Part shown: positions 10,500 to 20,882 of the stretch, in pieces
How the letters are laid out: each line of letters opens with the position of its first letter
Position numbering within the stretch: position 1 is the first letter of the stretch
NCBI GenBank assembly: GCA_963765675.1
Contig: CAVXXK010000001.1
Span: forward strand, 288,001-352,000
Source of the DNA: an uncultured delta proteobacterium
GTDB taxonomy: Bacteria > Desulfobacterota > Binatia > Binatales > Binataceae
Direction of reading: 5' to 3'
Length of the DNA: 64,000 nucleotides
Program-made: the position numbers and the translations under genes
Notes under the pieces: generated by a model
Databases searched by the model: none
What the model was told of the DNA's origin: nothing
The model's input: only the letters and a program-made list of their open reading frames with translations

Positions 10500-11608
10500 A
10501 TGGCGGAAGCGATAGAAATCCTGCCCGAGTACGGCGAAGTCCGCGACGAGGAACAACTCGACTGGGCCAAGCTCCAAGCCTTCCTGAACGGACAAGCTGC
10601 CCGGCGCGGACCGCGAGCTCACCGTCAAACAGTTTCGCGGCGGACATTCCAATCTCACCTACCTGCTGCGCTTCGGTGACGGCGCGCAGACGCAAGAATG
10701 GGTCATGAGGCGGCCGCCGTTTGGTCCGCTGCCCGTTGGCGGACACGACATGGCGCGCGAGTACAAGGTGCTCTCGCGGCTGTGGCAGGCGTTCGAACCG
10801 GCGCCGCGCGCGATGCTGTTCTGCGACGACGTGTCGATTATCGGCGCGCCGTTTTTCGTGATGGAGCGGCGCAACGGAATCGTGATCAAAAATCGCCAGC
10901 CGCTCCCCGACGAGCTGCCGCAGGATCCTGACGTCGCTGCGCAAGCTCTCGGCGGGATTTATCGATACCGCCGCCGACCTGCACGGCGTCGATTACCGCA
11001 AGATCGGGCTCGAGACGCTCGGCAAGCCGGAAGGGTTCCTGGTCCGCCAGACCAACGGATGGATGAAAAGGTGGGAGGCCGCAAAGACCCGCGAAGTGCC
11101 GCTGATGGAAAAGCTCGGCGCGTGGTTCGTCGAGAATCTGCCGCCCGCGCAACCGCCCGCGATTATCCATAACGATTTCTACCTCCACAACGTGATGATC
11201 GACTCGCACGACCCGGGAAAAATCGTCGGTGTCTTCGACTGGGAGATGTCCACGCTCGGCGATCCGCTGGTCGATGTGGGGATCGCGCTCAACTACTGGC
11301 GCGACAACACCGACCCGCCCGAGCTGCTGGACACAAGCCAGGGCGAAGTTCACACGCTGCGCAAAGGCTTCATGACCCGCGATGAGCTGATCGACCGCTA
11401 CGCCAAACGGACGGGGCGCGATCTGAGCCGCATCGCCTACTACTGGGCATGGGCGCATTGGAAGAACGCCACGGTGGTCGAGCAGATCTACGTCCGCTAC
11501 GTGCGCGGCCAGACCACCGACCCCCGCTTCGCCGCGATGGGCACCCACGCCCCGGCTCTTGCAATCGCATCGGCCAGGGTCGCCTCGCGAATGGGATTTC
11601 GAGCCTGA
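10500..11608 (+). pseudogene. APH/phosphotransferase-family protein, two frameshifts (probably sequence errors)
   Basis: MAEAIEILPEYGEVR.. joins to GGHSNLTYLL..LRRPP-like (shift ~10588) and then to LGKPEGFL..HNDFYLHN..DWEMSTLGDP (shift ~10931). Usual partner of this ACAD type. Confidence 0.85.
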
Positions 11609-11723
11609 TACCCCGACTCCGTGACGCCCGGGCGCTCCCTTTCAGGAAATCCGGAAGTAGGCTATCTACAGGGTAGGCGAGTGTCACAACCCCGCCGAAA
11701 GCAATTGCGGAGGACTTCCACGC

Positions 11724-12593
11724 TTGCAGGCATTTAACTTTGACTCACCTACCAGCCTCGATGACGCGCTTAAGGTTCTTGCAGCGCATGGAGAGAAGGC
11801 GCGTCCGCTATGCGGCGGCACCGACCTGATTATCCAGATGCGTGCGGGAGTACGCCGTCCCGAGCATGTTGTCGATATCAAGCAAATCAAGGAGCTGCGC
11901 GAGCTCAAGTTCGACCCGAAAAGCGGCCTGCGCCTGGGCGCCGCGGTTTCGTGCATCGAGATTCACGAGAATCCTCTGATGCGCAAGCATTACCCTGGAC
12001 TCACCGAAGCCGCGCATCTTATCGGGTCGCTGCAGATTCAGAATCGCGCGTCGGTCGGCGGAAACCTGTGCAATGGATCGCCCGCCGCCGACTCAACTCC
12101 CGCGCTGATCGCGCTCGGCGCACGCGCGCGAATTGCCGGTCCCAAGGGCGAGCGCGAGGTCCCGGTCGATAAGTTCGTGCTCTCCCCGGGCCGCACCGTC
12201 CTCGAGCCGGGCGAGTTGTTGGTCCAGCTACTGATCGCTGCTCCGGCGCCCCACTCTAGCGACGCCTATCTGCGCTTCATTCCGCGCAACGAGATGGATA
12301 TCGCGGTGGTCGGCGTGGGCGCGTCGATTACGCTCGATGCCGGCAAGATCACGGCCGCGCGTATCGGTCTGGGCGCGATTGCCGCGACCCCGCTGGTCGC
12401 CGTCAAAGCCGCCGAATCGCTCATCGGCAAAAAGCTCGACGACGCGGCGCTCGCACTTGCGGGACGCCTCGCGTCGGAGGCCGGGTCGCCTATTGACGAT
12501 ATGCGCGGCACCGCCGAGTATCGCCGTCACATCACCGGCGTGCTGACCACGCGCGCACTCACGATCGCAGCCGAGCGCGCAGCGAAAATCTGA
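11724..12593 (+). CDS. Xanthine dehydrogenase/CoxM-family FAD-binding subunit
   Basis: GGTDL, QIQNRASVGGNLCNGSPAAD, PIDDMRGTAEYR. Confidence 0.92.
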   Translation: MQAFNFDSPTSLDDALKVLAAHGEKARPLCGGTDLIIQMRAGVRRPEHVVDIKQIKELRELKFDPKSGLRLGAAVSCIEIHENPLMRKHYPGLTEAAHLIGSLQIQNRASVGGNLCNGSPAADSTPALIALGARARIAGPKGEREVPVDKFVLSPGRTVLEPGELLVQLLIAAPAPHSSDAYLRFIPRNEMDIAVVGVGASITLDAGKITAARIGLGAIAATPLVAVKAAESLIGKKLDDAALALAGRLASEAGSPIDDMRGTAEYRRHITGVLTTRALTIAAERAAKI

Positions 12594-12621
12594 AACCGCG
12601 CAAAGGAATCGAGAGAAGAAC

Positions 12622-13129
12622 ATGTCCAGAAAGACATTGGTTGACGCGATCATAAACGGCGAGCCGACCGAGTTCCTGTGCGAGCCGCGCCAGAGCCTGC
12701 TCGAATGCCTGCGCGACGTCCTCGAGCTGACCGGCAGCAAGGAAGGATGCCTCACCGGCGATTGCGGCGCCTGCACCGTCATGATCGATGGTCGCGCGGT
12801 ATGCTCATGCCTGGTGCTCGGCCCCGAGGCCGCAAGGCAAGCGGATCACGACGGTCGAGGGTCTTGCCGACGCGACCAGGCTCCACGAGCTGCAGCAGCA
12901 ATTCCTCGAGCACGCGAGTCTGCAATGCGGAATCTGCACGCCGGGATTCCTGATGTCGGCCAAGGCTCTGCTCGAGCGCAATCCAAATCCGACCGAGCCC
13001 GAGATTCGATACGCGCTGGCGGGGAATCTCTGCCGATGCACCGGGTACGACAAGATCGTGCGCGCGGTGACCGACGCGGCCAAAACCCTGCGCGAAGGCG
13101 GACATGACCGCGCCGCGGCGCGGAGCTAG
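12622..13129 (+). pseudogene. CoxS-family 2Fe-2S subunit, one frameshift (probably sequence error)
   Basis: GCLTGDCGACTV..SC in frame 12622; ITTVEGL..QCGICTPG..GNLCRCTGY in the next frame; shift ~12830. Confidence 0.9.
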
Positions 13130-13169
13130 AATTACTAACGGAACTGCTTACCGACGAGGTAATTGAACG

Positions 13170-15461
13170 ATGGCAGCAGCAACGAGTAACGGACATTTCA
13201 AGGTGATTGGCACGCGTCCGATCCGCCACGACGGAATTGACAAAGTGATGGGCCGCGCCAAGTACGGCGCCGACTACGCTTTCCCCGGGATGCTGCATGG
13301 CAAGCTCTTGCGCAGCCCGCACGCGCACGCCCGGATCAAATCGATCAATCTCACCAAGGCGCTCGCGCTGCCCGGCGTCAAGGCGATCGTCACCGGCAAG
13401 GATCTCCCCAAGGCTGCGAACAAACTCGAGCAATCCGGAGAGATGACGGTCAATCCGTACTACCTGTCGATGAACATCCTCGCGCACGACAAGGTGCTCT
13501 ACGACGGCCATGCGATCGCCGCGGTCGCCGCGACCAGCCCGCATATCGCCGAAGAAGCGGTGCGCCTGATCGAGGTCGAGTATGAAGTGCTGCCGCCGGT
13601 GATGACGGTTGACGCCGCGATGAAACCAGGCGCGCCGATCCTGCTGCACGACCTGCGCAACAAGGAAGAAGGTAACAAGGAAACCAACGTCGCCCAGCAT
13701 CACCTGTTCAAGCGCGGCGATATCGAAGCAGGCTTCAAGGCCGCCGATTTTATTATCGAGCGCGAGTTCAACACCGCGATGGTGCATCAGGGGTATATCG
13801 AGCCGCACAACGCCGTCGGCATCTACAATACTGACGGTCAGGCCACCATCTATTGCTCGACCCAGGGCGCCTTCGATGTGCGATCGCTCAGCGCCCAAGT
13901 GCTCGGTATCGAGGTCGGCAAGATCAAGGTCGTACCGGCGGAAATCGGCGGCGGCTTTGGCGGCAAGACCACCATCTATCTCGAGCCGCTCTCGGTGCTC
14001 CTCTCGAAGAAGACCGGCGCGCCGGTCAAACTGGTGATGACGCGCGGCGAAGTGCTGCGCGCGACCGGACCGACCTCGGGCTCGAAGATCAAAGTGAAGA
14101 TGGGCGCGACCAAGGACGGCACGATCGTCGCCGCTCAGGTCTGGATGGCCTATGAAGCGGGCGCATATCCAGGTTCGCCGGTCGGCGCCGGCGCGATGTG
14201 CGTGATCGCGCCGTACGCGATCGAAAATCTCCAGATCGACGGCTACGACGTCGTCGTTAACCGGCCCAAGACCGCGGCCTATCGCGCACCCGGCGCGACC
14301 AACGCCGCGTTCGCGTCGGAAACGATCATCGACGAGCTGGCCGACAAGTGCGGGATGGACCCGATCGATTTCCGGATCAAAAACGGAGTCAAGGAAGGTT
14401 CGCCGCAAGTAGTCGGCCCTCCATTCAAGCGGATCGGATTTGTCGAGACTTGCGAAGCGATCAAGAACAGCGAGCACTACAAGTCAAAGCTGACCGGCAA
14501 GAACCGCGGACGCGGCGTCGCCACCGGCTTCTGGTTCAACGCCGGGATGCAATCCTCGGCGACGGTGAATATCCATACTGACGGCACCGCCAGCGTCGTC
14601 ACCGGCTCGGTCGATATCGGCGGCTCGCGCGCTTCGATGGCGATGATCGCCGCGGAGGTTCTGGCGCTGCCGATCACCGACGTGCGCCCTCTCGTCGCCG
14701 ATACCGATTCGATCGGACATACCGACGTGACCGGCGGCAGCCGGGTGACGTTCGCAACCGGGATGGCGGTGTACGAGGCCGCGCAGGACGCGATCAAGCA
14801 GCTCACGGAACGCGCGGCGAAGGTCTGGGAAATCAAACCCGACCAGATCGAATTTCGCGATGGCGCATTCCACGCCAAGACCGGCGACAAACCTCCCATG
14901 GCAATCAAGGAACTCGCCAAGCGCCTGGCGCGCACGGGCGGACCGATCACGGGGCGCGCGAGCGTCAACGCGCGCGGCGTAGGACCGGCGTTCGCCGCGT
15001 TGTGCGTCGATGTGGAAGTCGATCCAGATACCGCCAAGGTCAAGTTGCTGCGATGCACTGTCGCGCAGGACGCCGGGCGCGCGATTCATCCGAGCTACGT
15101 CGAAGGCCAGATGCAGGGCGGCACCGCGCAGGGGCTCGGATGGGCGCTCAACGAAGAATATTTTTACGACGAAAAGGGCACGCTCAGGAACACCGGCCTG
15201 CTCGACTACCGGATGCCGACTTGCCTCGATCTACCGATGATCGAAACGATAATCGTTGAGGTTCCCAACCCCGGCCATCCGCTGGGCGTGCGCGGAGTCG
15301 GCGAGGTATCGATCGTCCCGCCGCCGGCCGCGGTCGCCAACGCGATCTTCGACGCGGTGGGCGTCAGGATGACGGAGACGCCGATGTCGCCGCCGAAGCT
15401 GATGAAGGAAATTCTGAAAAAGCGCGCCGCCGAAAATGCGCAATCCGCGGCCGCTGACTGA
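13170..15461 (+). CDS. Xanthine dehydrogenase-family molybdopterin-binding large subunit
   Basis: LRSPHAHARI, GGGFGGK, AYRAPG, VEGQMQGG, RGVGE. Confidence 0.95.
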   Translation: MAAATSNGHFKVIGTRPIRHDGIDKVMGRAKYGADYAFPGMLHGKLLRSPHAHARIKSINLTKALALPGVKAIVTGKDLPKAANKLEQSGEMTVNPYYLSMNILAHDKVLYDGHAIAAVAATSPHIAEEAVRLIEVEYEVLPPVMTVDAAMKPGAPILLHDLRNKEEGNKETNVAQHHLFKRGDIEAGFKAADFIIEREFNTAMVHQGYIEPHNAVGIYNTDGQATIYCSTQGAFDVRSLSAQVLGIEVGKIKVVPAEIGGGFGGKTTIYLEPLSVLLSKKTGAPVKLVMTRGEVLRATGPTSGSKIKVKMGATKDGTIVAAQVWMAYEAGAYPGSPVGAGAMCVIAPYAIENLQIDGYDVVVNRPKTAAYRAPGATNAAFASETIIDELADKCGMDPIDFRIKNGVKEGSPQVVGPPFKRIGFVETCEAIKNSEHYKSKLTGKNRGRGVATGFWFNAGMQSSATVNIHTDGTASVVTGSVDIGGSRASMAMIAAEVLALPITDVRPLVADTDSIGHTDVTGGSRVTFATGMAVYEAAQDAIKQLTERAAKVWEIKPDQIEFRDGAFHAKTGDKPPMAIKELAKRLARTGGPITGRASVNARGVGPAFAALCVDVEVDPDTAKVKLLRCTVAQDAGRAIHPSYVEGQMQGGTAQGLGWALNEEYFYDEKGTLRNTGLLDYRMPTCLDLPMIETIIVEVPNPGHPLGVRGVGEVSIVPPPAAVANAIFDAVGVRMTETPMSPPKLMKEILKKRAAENAQSAAAD

Positions 15462-15487
15462 GCGATCGAAACTGACTGATGCTGTCC

Positions 15488-15525
15488 AACGGGGCCGGGC
15501 CGATTCGGTCCGGCTCCGTTTTTTT
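15488..15525 (+). terminator. Terminator-like hairpin between the large subunit and moaD-like gene
   Basis: AACGGGGCCGGGCCG-ATT-CGGTCCGGCTCCGTT followed by TTTTT. Confidence 0.65.
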
Positions 15526-15528
15526 CCG

Positions 15529-15795
15529 ATGCCCACCGCAATAATTCCCGCGCTGCTCCGCAAGCTCACCGCCGGCCGCGAACGCGTCGCGGTAAAAGGC
15601 CGCACCGTGCGCGCAATAGTCGCCGACCTCGAGCGCCAATTTCCCGGTCTCGCCGATCAACTGCTCGACGCCGGCGAGATCAAACCCTCGATTGCAATTT
15701 CGATTGATGGCGAAGTCGTGCCCGGCGGAGTGCTCGAGCCGGTCGGCGAAAACAGCGAGGTGCATTTTCTGCCGGCGCTCGGCGGAGGCGCGTGA
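15529..15795 (+). CDS. MoaD/ThiS-family sulfur-carrier protein
   Basis: IPALLRKLT..TVRAIVADLERQFPGL..V.FLPALGGGA ubiquitin-like pattern. Confidence 0.85.
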   Translation: MPTAIIPALLRKLTAGRERVAVKGRTVRAIVADLERQFPGLADQLLDAGEIKPSIAISIDGEVVPGGVLEPVGENSEVHFLPALGGGA

Positions 15796-15949
15796 TCCTC
15801 GAACGCAGGGCGTTCTAGGAAGTACGACGCGGCCAAGATCGATGCAGAGCGCGAACCGGATCCGGTCACGATGCACTCAAGCTGCCAATAAGCACTGTCA
15901 GGACTAACTAAGTTATAGCTTGCGCTTGCCACGCCGCCATCATTTTCGA

Positions 15950-15977
15950 TTGCAACAGTGTAGCAGTCGCGTAGAAT
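15950..15977 (+). promoter_or_regulatory. Sigma70-like promoter of the candidate sRNA
   Basis: TTGCAA-16 bp-TAGAAT; predicted start near 15984. Confidence 0.55.
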
Positions 15978-15983
15978 GTGGCT

Positions 15984-16109
15984 GCTGGCCGGGGTTTGCC
16001 CCCCTTTTCCCGGTTGGCTACGGGTCAGGCGGAGCAATTCGTCTGGCCCTATTTCTTGAAGAACAAATCCGGCGCGTGGTTTCGATCTCGCGCCGGATTT
16101 CAATTTTTT
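15984..16109 (+). ncRNA. Candidate small RNA with three hairpins
   Basis: Hairpins at 15984-16018 (C-rich loop), 16022-16049 (GCAA tetraloop) and 16065-16100 (TTCG loop) plus a T tract; G-U pairs favour the + strand; no credible ORF. Confidence 0.55.
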
Positions 16110-16184
16110 CTGAGCTTCAAATGCTCTGAACGGTCGTTCGACTTTTCCAAACGATCGTTCATCGCGCGCGTTCCCCAACGGTCT

Positions 16185-16583
16185 TCAGCTCATGAAAACC
16201 TCGCGCACGTGATTGGTATCGTTGTACTCGCGCGCCAGCGCAATCCGGTCGCCGTCGAAACGGAAATAGAAATGGTACCGATTCTGATATTTCTTCCCGT
16301 TGGCCGCGATCGTGTCCGACTCCGCCTGGATCGCCACGTGCGGTCCTTCGGAGATGGTGGTGTGGAATTTCATATTGAGCCCGTTGGGAAACATCGCCTT
16401 GAGCGTCGACGGCATCGCCTTCAAGAACGCGGCCTTGCCGCGAATCGCGCTGAAGCCCGGTAGCCGCGCCATCATCTCGAACTCGAAATCGTCGGTAAGC
16501 AGATCTTCATAGACCTTCGGATCAGGCCTCTCGAACCCCTTGAGAAACATCAGTGCGCGTTCTTTCTGTCCTGCGGAATCCAT
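16185..16583 (-). CDS. NTF2/SnoaL-like protein
   Basis: GGAGG RBS; LLTDD, ISEGPHVA, YQNRYHFYF.FDGDRI..REYNDT. Confidence 0.85.
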   Translation of the reverse strand: MDSAGQKERALMFLKGFERPDPKVYEDLLTDDFEFEMMARLPGFSAIRGKAAFLKAMPSTLKAMFPNGLNMKFHTTISEGPHVAIQAESDTIAANGKKYQNRYHFYFRFDGDRIALAREYNDTNHVREVFMS

Positions 16584-16618
16584 CGGCGGCCTCCAACTGT
16601 ATTGATGCGATCTGACGC

Positions 16619-17062
16619 CTAGCGCTGCGCCTTGCGATACACCAGTACCGAGCATGGGGCGTTGCGCGCGATCTTCTCGGCGACCGACCCGATCGTTAGA
16701 AACTCGGAGCCGGTATGGCCGTGCGTCGCCAGCATGATCAGATCGATCTGGTTCTGCTGCGCGTACTCGCACAGCCTGACCACTGGCGGTCCGGTAAGCA
16801 CCGCTGTGACGATCTTGGGCGAGTTGGCAAAGTCGACCTTCTTGATCCGCAAGAGCTCCTCTTCGGTCCCCTCTGCAATCGAAGCCTCACGGGCCATTTC
16901 GGTGGATTTCTGCTCGAGGAAACTGTGATGCACCGCCACCACGTTCACGATATGCATCTCGGCGCCGAGCTCGCTCGAGAGTTCCCACGCCGAGAGCATC
17001 GCTTCCCTCGAGTTCTCCGAAAAGTCGATCGGTGCCAGCACCTTCTTTACATTTTGAATCAT
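16619..17062 (-). CDS. Universal stress protein
   Basis: KKVLAPIDFSE, DLIMLATHG, GSVAEKIARNAPCSVL. Confidence 0.92.
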   Translation of the reverse strand: MIQNVKKVLAPIDFSENSREAMLSAWELSSELGAEMHIVNVVAVHHSFLEQKSTEMAREASIAEGTEEELLRIKKVDFANSPKIVTAVLTGPPVVRLCEYAQQNQIDLIMLATHGHTGSEFLTIGSVAEKIARNAPCSVLVYRKAQR

Positions 17063-17183
17063 CGCTGCCTCCGGAACCCTTGCAATTATCACGGCTTTCG
17101 CGCGGGCTGCAAACCCTTGCGCTTGTGTGCAATCATCGCGGCACCAGAACCCGCGCCAACCGCGCGGCATGGAGTCACCGCTG

Positions 17184-18239
17184 ATGAAGGCAACCATCTT
17201 CCACGGCCCCCGCGACGTGCGCGTCGAGCGCGTCGCCGATCCTGAAATCACCTCGCCCTCCGACGCGATCGTGCGCATCACCCGCGCCGCGATCTGCGGC
17301 TCCGACCTGCACTTCTACCACGGCCAGATGCCGGTCGAGCCTGGTTTCGTGCTCGGACATGAAGGCGTCGGCATCGTCGAGGAAGTTGGCAAGGGCGTAA
17401 CGCAGCTTCACAAAGGCCAGCGCGTCGTAGTCTCGGGACTGGTCGCCTGCGGCAACTGTTTCTATTGTCGGCGCGGCCAGCCCTCGCAGTGCTCTATCGC
17501 CGGCTCCGCGGTTTTCGGCTATGGCAAAAACGCGGCCGGCAAGCTCGGCAACCTGGGCGGCGAGCAATCCGAAGCAATCCAGGTTCCGCTGGCCGATTAC
17601 ACCTGCTATCCGCTTCCGGAAGGAGTTGACGACGATGCGGCGGTGTTCCTGGCCGATATCCTGCCGACCGCGTTCTTCGGCGCGTTAAACGGCGAGATTC
17701 GCCCCGGTGACACGGTTGCGATCTTCGGATGCGGCCCCGTCGGCCTGTGCGCGATCCTCGCGGCGCATCTGTTCGGCCCCGCAGAGGTGATCGCGGTCGA
17801 TAGCGTGCCCTACCGGCTCGAGCTCGCTCGCAAACTCGGCGCGACTCCCGTCACTCTGGCCGAAGCGAAGCAGAAGATCCTCGACCGCACCGACGGCCGC
17901 GGCGCCGACGTCACGATCGAGGCGGTCGGCAACCAAGGCGCGCTCGACGCGTCGTTCGAAAACGTGCGCGGCGGAGGCACCGTCTCAATGATCGGCGTGC
18001 TCGGCCAGCCGACCTATAACTTCCCGATGATGCTCGCGTTCCAGCGCGATCTGACCTTCCGCGTCGGCCTTGCCAATATCCGCGCGCACATTCCGCAGCT
18101 CGCGACGCTGATCGAGCACCATCGGATCGATCCGCGCCCGATCATCAGCCACACGCTCAAGCTCGAAGAGACTCCGCGAGGCTACCAGATTTTCGACGCG
18201 CGCGCCGAAGGCGCGATCAAAATATTGATCAAGCCGTAG
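17184..18239 (+). CDS. Zn-dependent alcohol dehydrogenase (FDH-like MDR)
   Basis: ICGSDLH, GHEGVG, CGNCFYC, DILPT, GCGPVG. Confidence 0.92.
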   Translation: MKATIFHGPRDVRVERVADPEITSPSDAIVRITRAAICGSDLHFYHGQMPVEPGFVLGHEGVGIVEEVGKGVTQLHKGQRVVVSGLVACGNCFYCRRGQPSQCSIAGSAVFGYGKNAAGKLGNLGGEQSEAIQVPLADYTCYPLPEGVDDDAAVFLADILPTAFFGALNGEIRPGDTVAIFGCGPVGLCAILAAHLFGPAEVIAVDSVPYRLELARKLGATPVTLAEAKQKILDRTDGRGADVTIEAVGNQGALDASFENVRGGGTVSMIGVLGQPTYNFPMMLAFQRDLTFRVGLANIRAHIPQLATLIEHHRIDPRPIISHTLKLEETPRGYQIFDARAEGAIKILIKP

Positions 18240-18285
18240 CGCGCCAATCGCGATCTCGAATCACATCCAAACGAGAGGAATCACA

Positions 18286-19095
18286 ATGGCGGACGAACTC
18301 ATCAAGATAAAAGTCGAAGGTGAAATCGCATATCTCGGACTCAACCGCCCCGACAAGCGCAACGCGGTCAGCGGAGCGATGCTCGAGGCGTTGCCGCGCG
18401 CGCTGCAAGAGGTCAATCGGCCCGAGGTCCGCGCGATCATCCTCTATGGCGAGGGTCAGGTCTTCTCCGCCGGAATCGATTTCATGTCGCTTTCAAACGA
18501 CACCGGCGCAAGCGGCGGCTCGGGCGGAGGTCCCGACCTTGCGCGCTTTCGCCATTTCGTCGGCGAGTCGCAGGCCGCGCTGTCGCGGATGGAATCGATC
18601 GAGAAGCCAGTTATCGGCGCGCTGCACGGCTACGCCGGCGGACTCGGACTGGAAATCGCGCTCGCCTGCGACGCGCGAATAGCGGCCAAGGGCACGCGCC
18701 TCGGAATGCCGGAAACGCGCATCGGTCTTGTCCCCGACGTGGGCGGCACTACGCGGCTGACCCGCACCGTCGGCTACGCGCTCGCAAAGGAACTGATCAT
18801 GACGGCAAGGCTGATCGACGCCGATGAAGCGCTGCGCATCGGGCTGGTGAATCGGGTCGTCGAGCCGGGAAAGCATCTCGCCGCCGCCGAGGAACTCGCG
18901 AGAGAAATTGCTCGCAACGCACCGGTCGCGGTTGGTCTGGCCAAACGAATCATCGATCGCGGCCACAGCCTCGACAAGCAGACCTTCATGGAACTCGAAG
19001 TCCTCGCGCAAAGCTCCCTCTTAACGACCGAGGATTTCCGCGAGGGCGCCCGCGCGCTGGCCGAGCGCCGCGACCCAAAGTTCAAGGGCAGATAA
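18286..19095 (+). CDS. Enoyl-CoA hydratase/isomerase family protein
   Basis: LNRPDKRNA, FSAGID, GLGLEIALACD, MPETRIGLVPD. Confidence 0.92.
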   Translation: MADELIKIKVEGEIAYLGLNRPDKRNAVSGAMLEALPRALQEVNRPEVRAIILYGEGQVFSAGIDFMSLSNDTGASGGSGGGPDLARFRHFVGESQAALSRMESIEKPVIGALHGYAGGLGLEIALACDARIAAKGTRLGMPETRIGLVPDVGGTTRLTRTVGYALAKELIMTARLIDADEALRIGLVNRVVEPGKHLAAAEELAREIARNAPVAVGLAKRIIDRGHSLDKQTFMELEVLAQSSLLTTEDFREGARALAERRDPKFKGR

Positions 19096-19212
19096 CGCCA
19101 CTCTGCCGCGAGTTCCACGATCGTGAGACCGATCGAAGAGTTGACGCTGGTTGCCACTATCGAGCAGTCGGACAAGAATTTCAGCCGAAATAAATGTTGA
19201 AGGAGATATGCG

Positions 19213-20268
19213 ATGGCGGTCGACGAGGCGAAGCTAAACGAATTGCTCGGGAAGATGCTCGGCGAGGTCGGCGCCGCGATGGCGATCGGACTGGTCATGC
19301 TGGGCGACAAGTTCGGATTGTACAAGGCGCTGGCGGCCGCCGGTCCCTTGACCTCCGACGAGCTCGCGGCGCGCACTGGCACTGCGCCGCGTTACGTGCG
19401 CGAGTGGGCGGCGGCGCAGGCGGCGGGCGGCTTTATCAACTTCGACGCGGCGAAGGAGCGATATTCGATCTCATCCGAGCAGGCGCTGCTCCTTGCCGAC
19501 GAGAACGGTCCCGCGTTTTTCCCCGCGATGTTCGAGATTGCCGCCGCGGCCGCGCGTGATCTTCCCAAGCTCGAAGCGGCGTTCAAAACCGGTGGCGGAG
19601 TTGGATGGCATGAGCACGACGCCTGCCTGTTCCGCGGCACCGAGAGATTTTTCCGCCCGGGCTACGCGATACATCTCGTGGCGGAGTGGATTCCCGCATT
19701 GGAGGGCGTCAAAGAAAAGGTCGAACGCGGCGCGCAGGTCGCCGATGTCGGATGCGGTCATGGCGCATCGACCATTTTACTGGCCAAGGCGTTTCCAAAG
19801 TCAAAGTTTACCGGCTTCGACTATCACGAACCGTCGCTCGTGCGTGCGCGCGAGCTGGCGCGAGAGGGCGGCGTCGCCGACCGCGTGACCTTCCAGCGCG
19901 CGTCGGCAAAGGAATTTTCCGGCTCCTACGATTTGGTTGCATTCTTCGATTGCCTGCACGACATGGGCGATCCTGTCGGCGTGGCTCAGCACGTCAAATC
20001 AACTTTGAAACCTGGCGGAACCTGGATGATCGTCGAGCCTTTCGCCGGCGATCGAATCGCGGACAATCTGGGTCCGATCGGCCGCATATTTTATTCGGCA
20101 TCGATGCAGATTTGCGTGCCAGCGTCATTGTCGCAGGAAGTCGGTCTGGCTCTCGGCGCCCAAGCCGGTGAAACCAGATTACGGGAAGTGATCTCGAGCG
20201 GAGGATTCTCGCGTGTTCGGCGCGCCACCGAAACCCCGTTCAATCTGGTGATGGAAGCGCGTCCCTGA
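19213..20268 (+). CDS. Class I SAM-dependent methyltransferase with an N-terminal wHTH (Rv2258c-like)
   Basis: ELAARTG..RYVREW, ADVGCGHG, FDCLHDMGDP, LGAQAGE. Confidence 0.9.
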   Translation: MAVDEAKLNELLGKMLGEVGAAMAIGLVMLGDKFGLYKALAAAGPLTSDELAARTGTAPRYVREWAAAQAAGGFINFDAAKERYSISSEQALLLADENGPAFFPAMFEIAAAAARDLPKLEAAFKTGGGVGWHEHDACLFRGTERFFRPGYAIHLVAEWIPALEGVKEKVERGAQVADVGCGHGASTILLAKAFPKSKFTGFDYHEPSLVRARELAREGGVADRVTFQRASAKEFSGSYDLVAFFDCLHDMGDPVGVAQHVKSTLKPGGTWMIVEPFAGDRIADNLGPIGRIFYSASMQICVPASLSQEVGLALGAQAGETRLREVISSGGFSRVRRATETPFNLVMEARP

Positions 20269-20285
20269 GCGCTCGGCGCGTTGCG

Positions 20286-20714
20286 CTATTTGCGCCACGG
20301 CGCTGGATATTCGCCGCGCTCGAGGAAGCGTATGTAATCGGCCAGAATCTCCGCATGATCGAACGCGAGCGGCGTCGGCGGATTGCGCGGGTCGCATAGC
20401 GTGGCATTTTTCGCGTCGTCGTCGCCGCGCGGCGTGCCGCTTGCGCGCGCGACGTACACAACCGTGATTGTCTGACCACGCGGATCGCGTTCGGGCCGCG
20501 AATAGACGCCCAGCAGCGCGCGAATCTCGACCTCGAGCGAGATCTCCTCGCGCGCCTCACGCACCGCAGCCTGTTCAACCGTTTCGCCAAAATCCACAAA
20601 GCCGCCCGGAATCGCCCATCCGAGCGGGAAATTGCGCCGCTCGATCAGAACGATCTTGTCGCCTATTTCGGCGATCACGTCGGCGGCGATTGGCGGGCAC
20701 TGCGGACGCGGCAT
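20286..20714 (-). CDS. NUDIX hydrolase
   Basis: Nudix box GGFVDFGETVEQAAVREAREE; RDPR; LAFDH. Confidence 0.92.
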   Translation of the reverse strand: MPRPQCPPIAADVIAEIGDKIVLIERRNFPLGWAIPGGFVDFGETVEQAAVREAREEISLEVEIRALLGVYSRPERDPRGQTITVVYVARASGTPRGDDDAKNATLCDPRNPPTPLAFDHAEILADYIRFLERGEYPAPWRK

Positions 20715-20882
20715 AACCGGAATTTATCACCTCGGCCGATATCACGCATTCCAAAAAAATGGTACTGCGCTCGTGTTTTCTAGCGAGCGCATACCAATGC
20801 TGTAAGGTGTTTGCGATTACTTGGCTAAACAAGTAACGTCACGCGCTAACTTCAAAAACTGACTGAACGCAGGTGTCATCGG

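Noticed and set aside
11609-11723. Moco riboswitch before the molybdoenzyme operon
   Set aside because: The region is short and I could not build the multi-stem Moco RNA fold.
11724-15461. Aerobic CO dehydrogenase (coxMSL)
   Set aside because: The active-site loop is AYRAPG, not AYRCSFR (form I) or AYRGAGR (form II), and no coxDEFG genes are adjacent.
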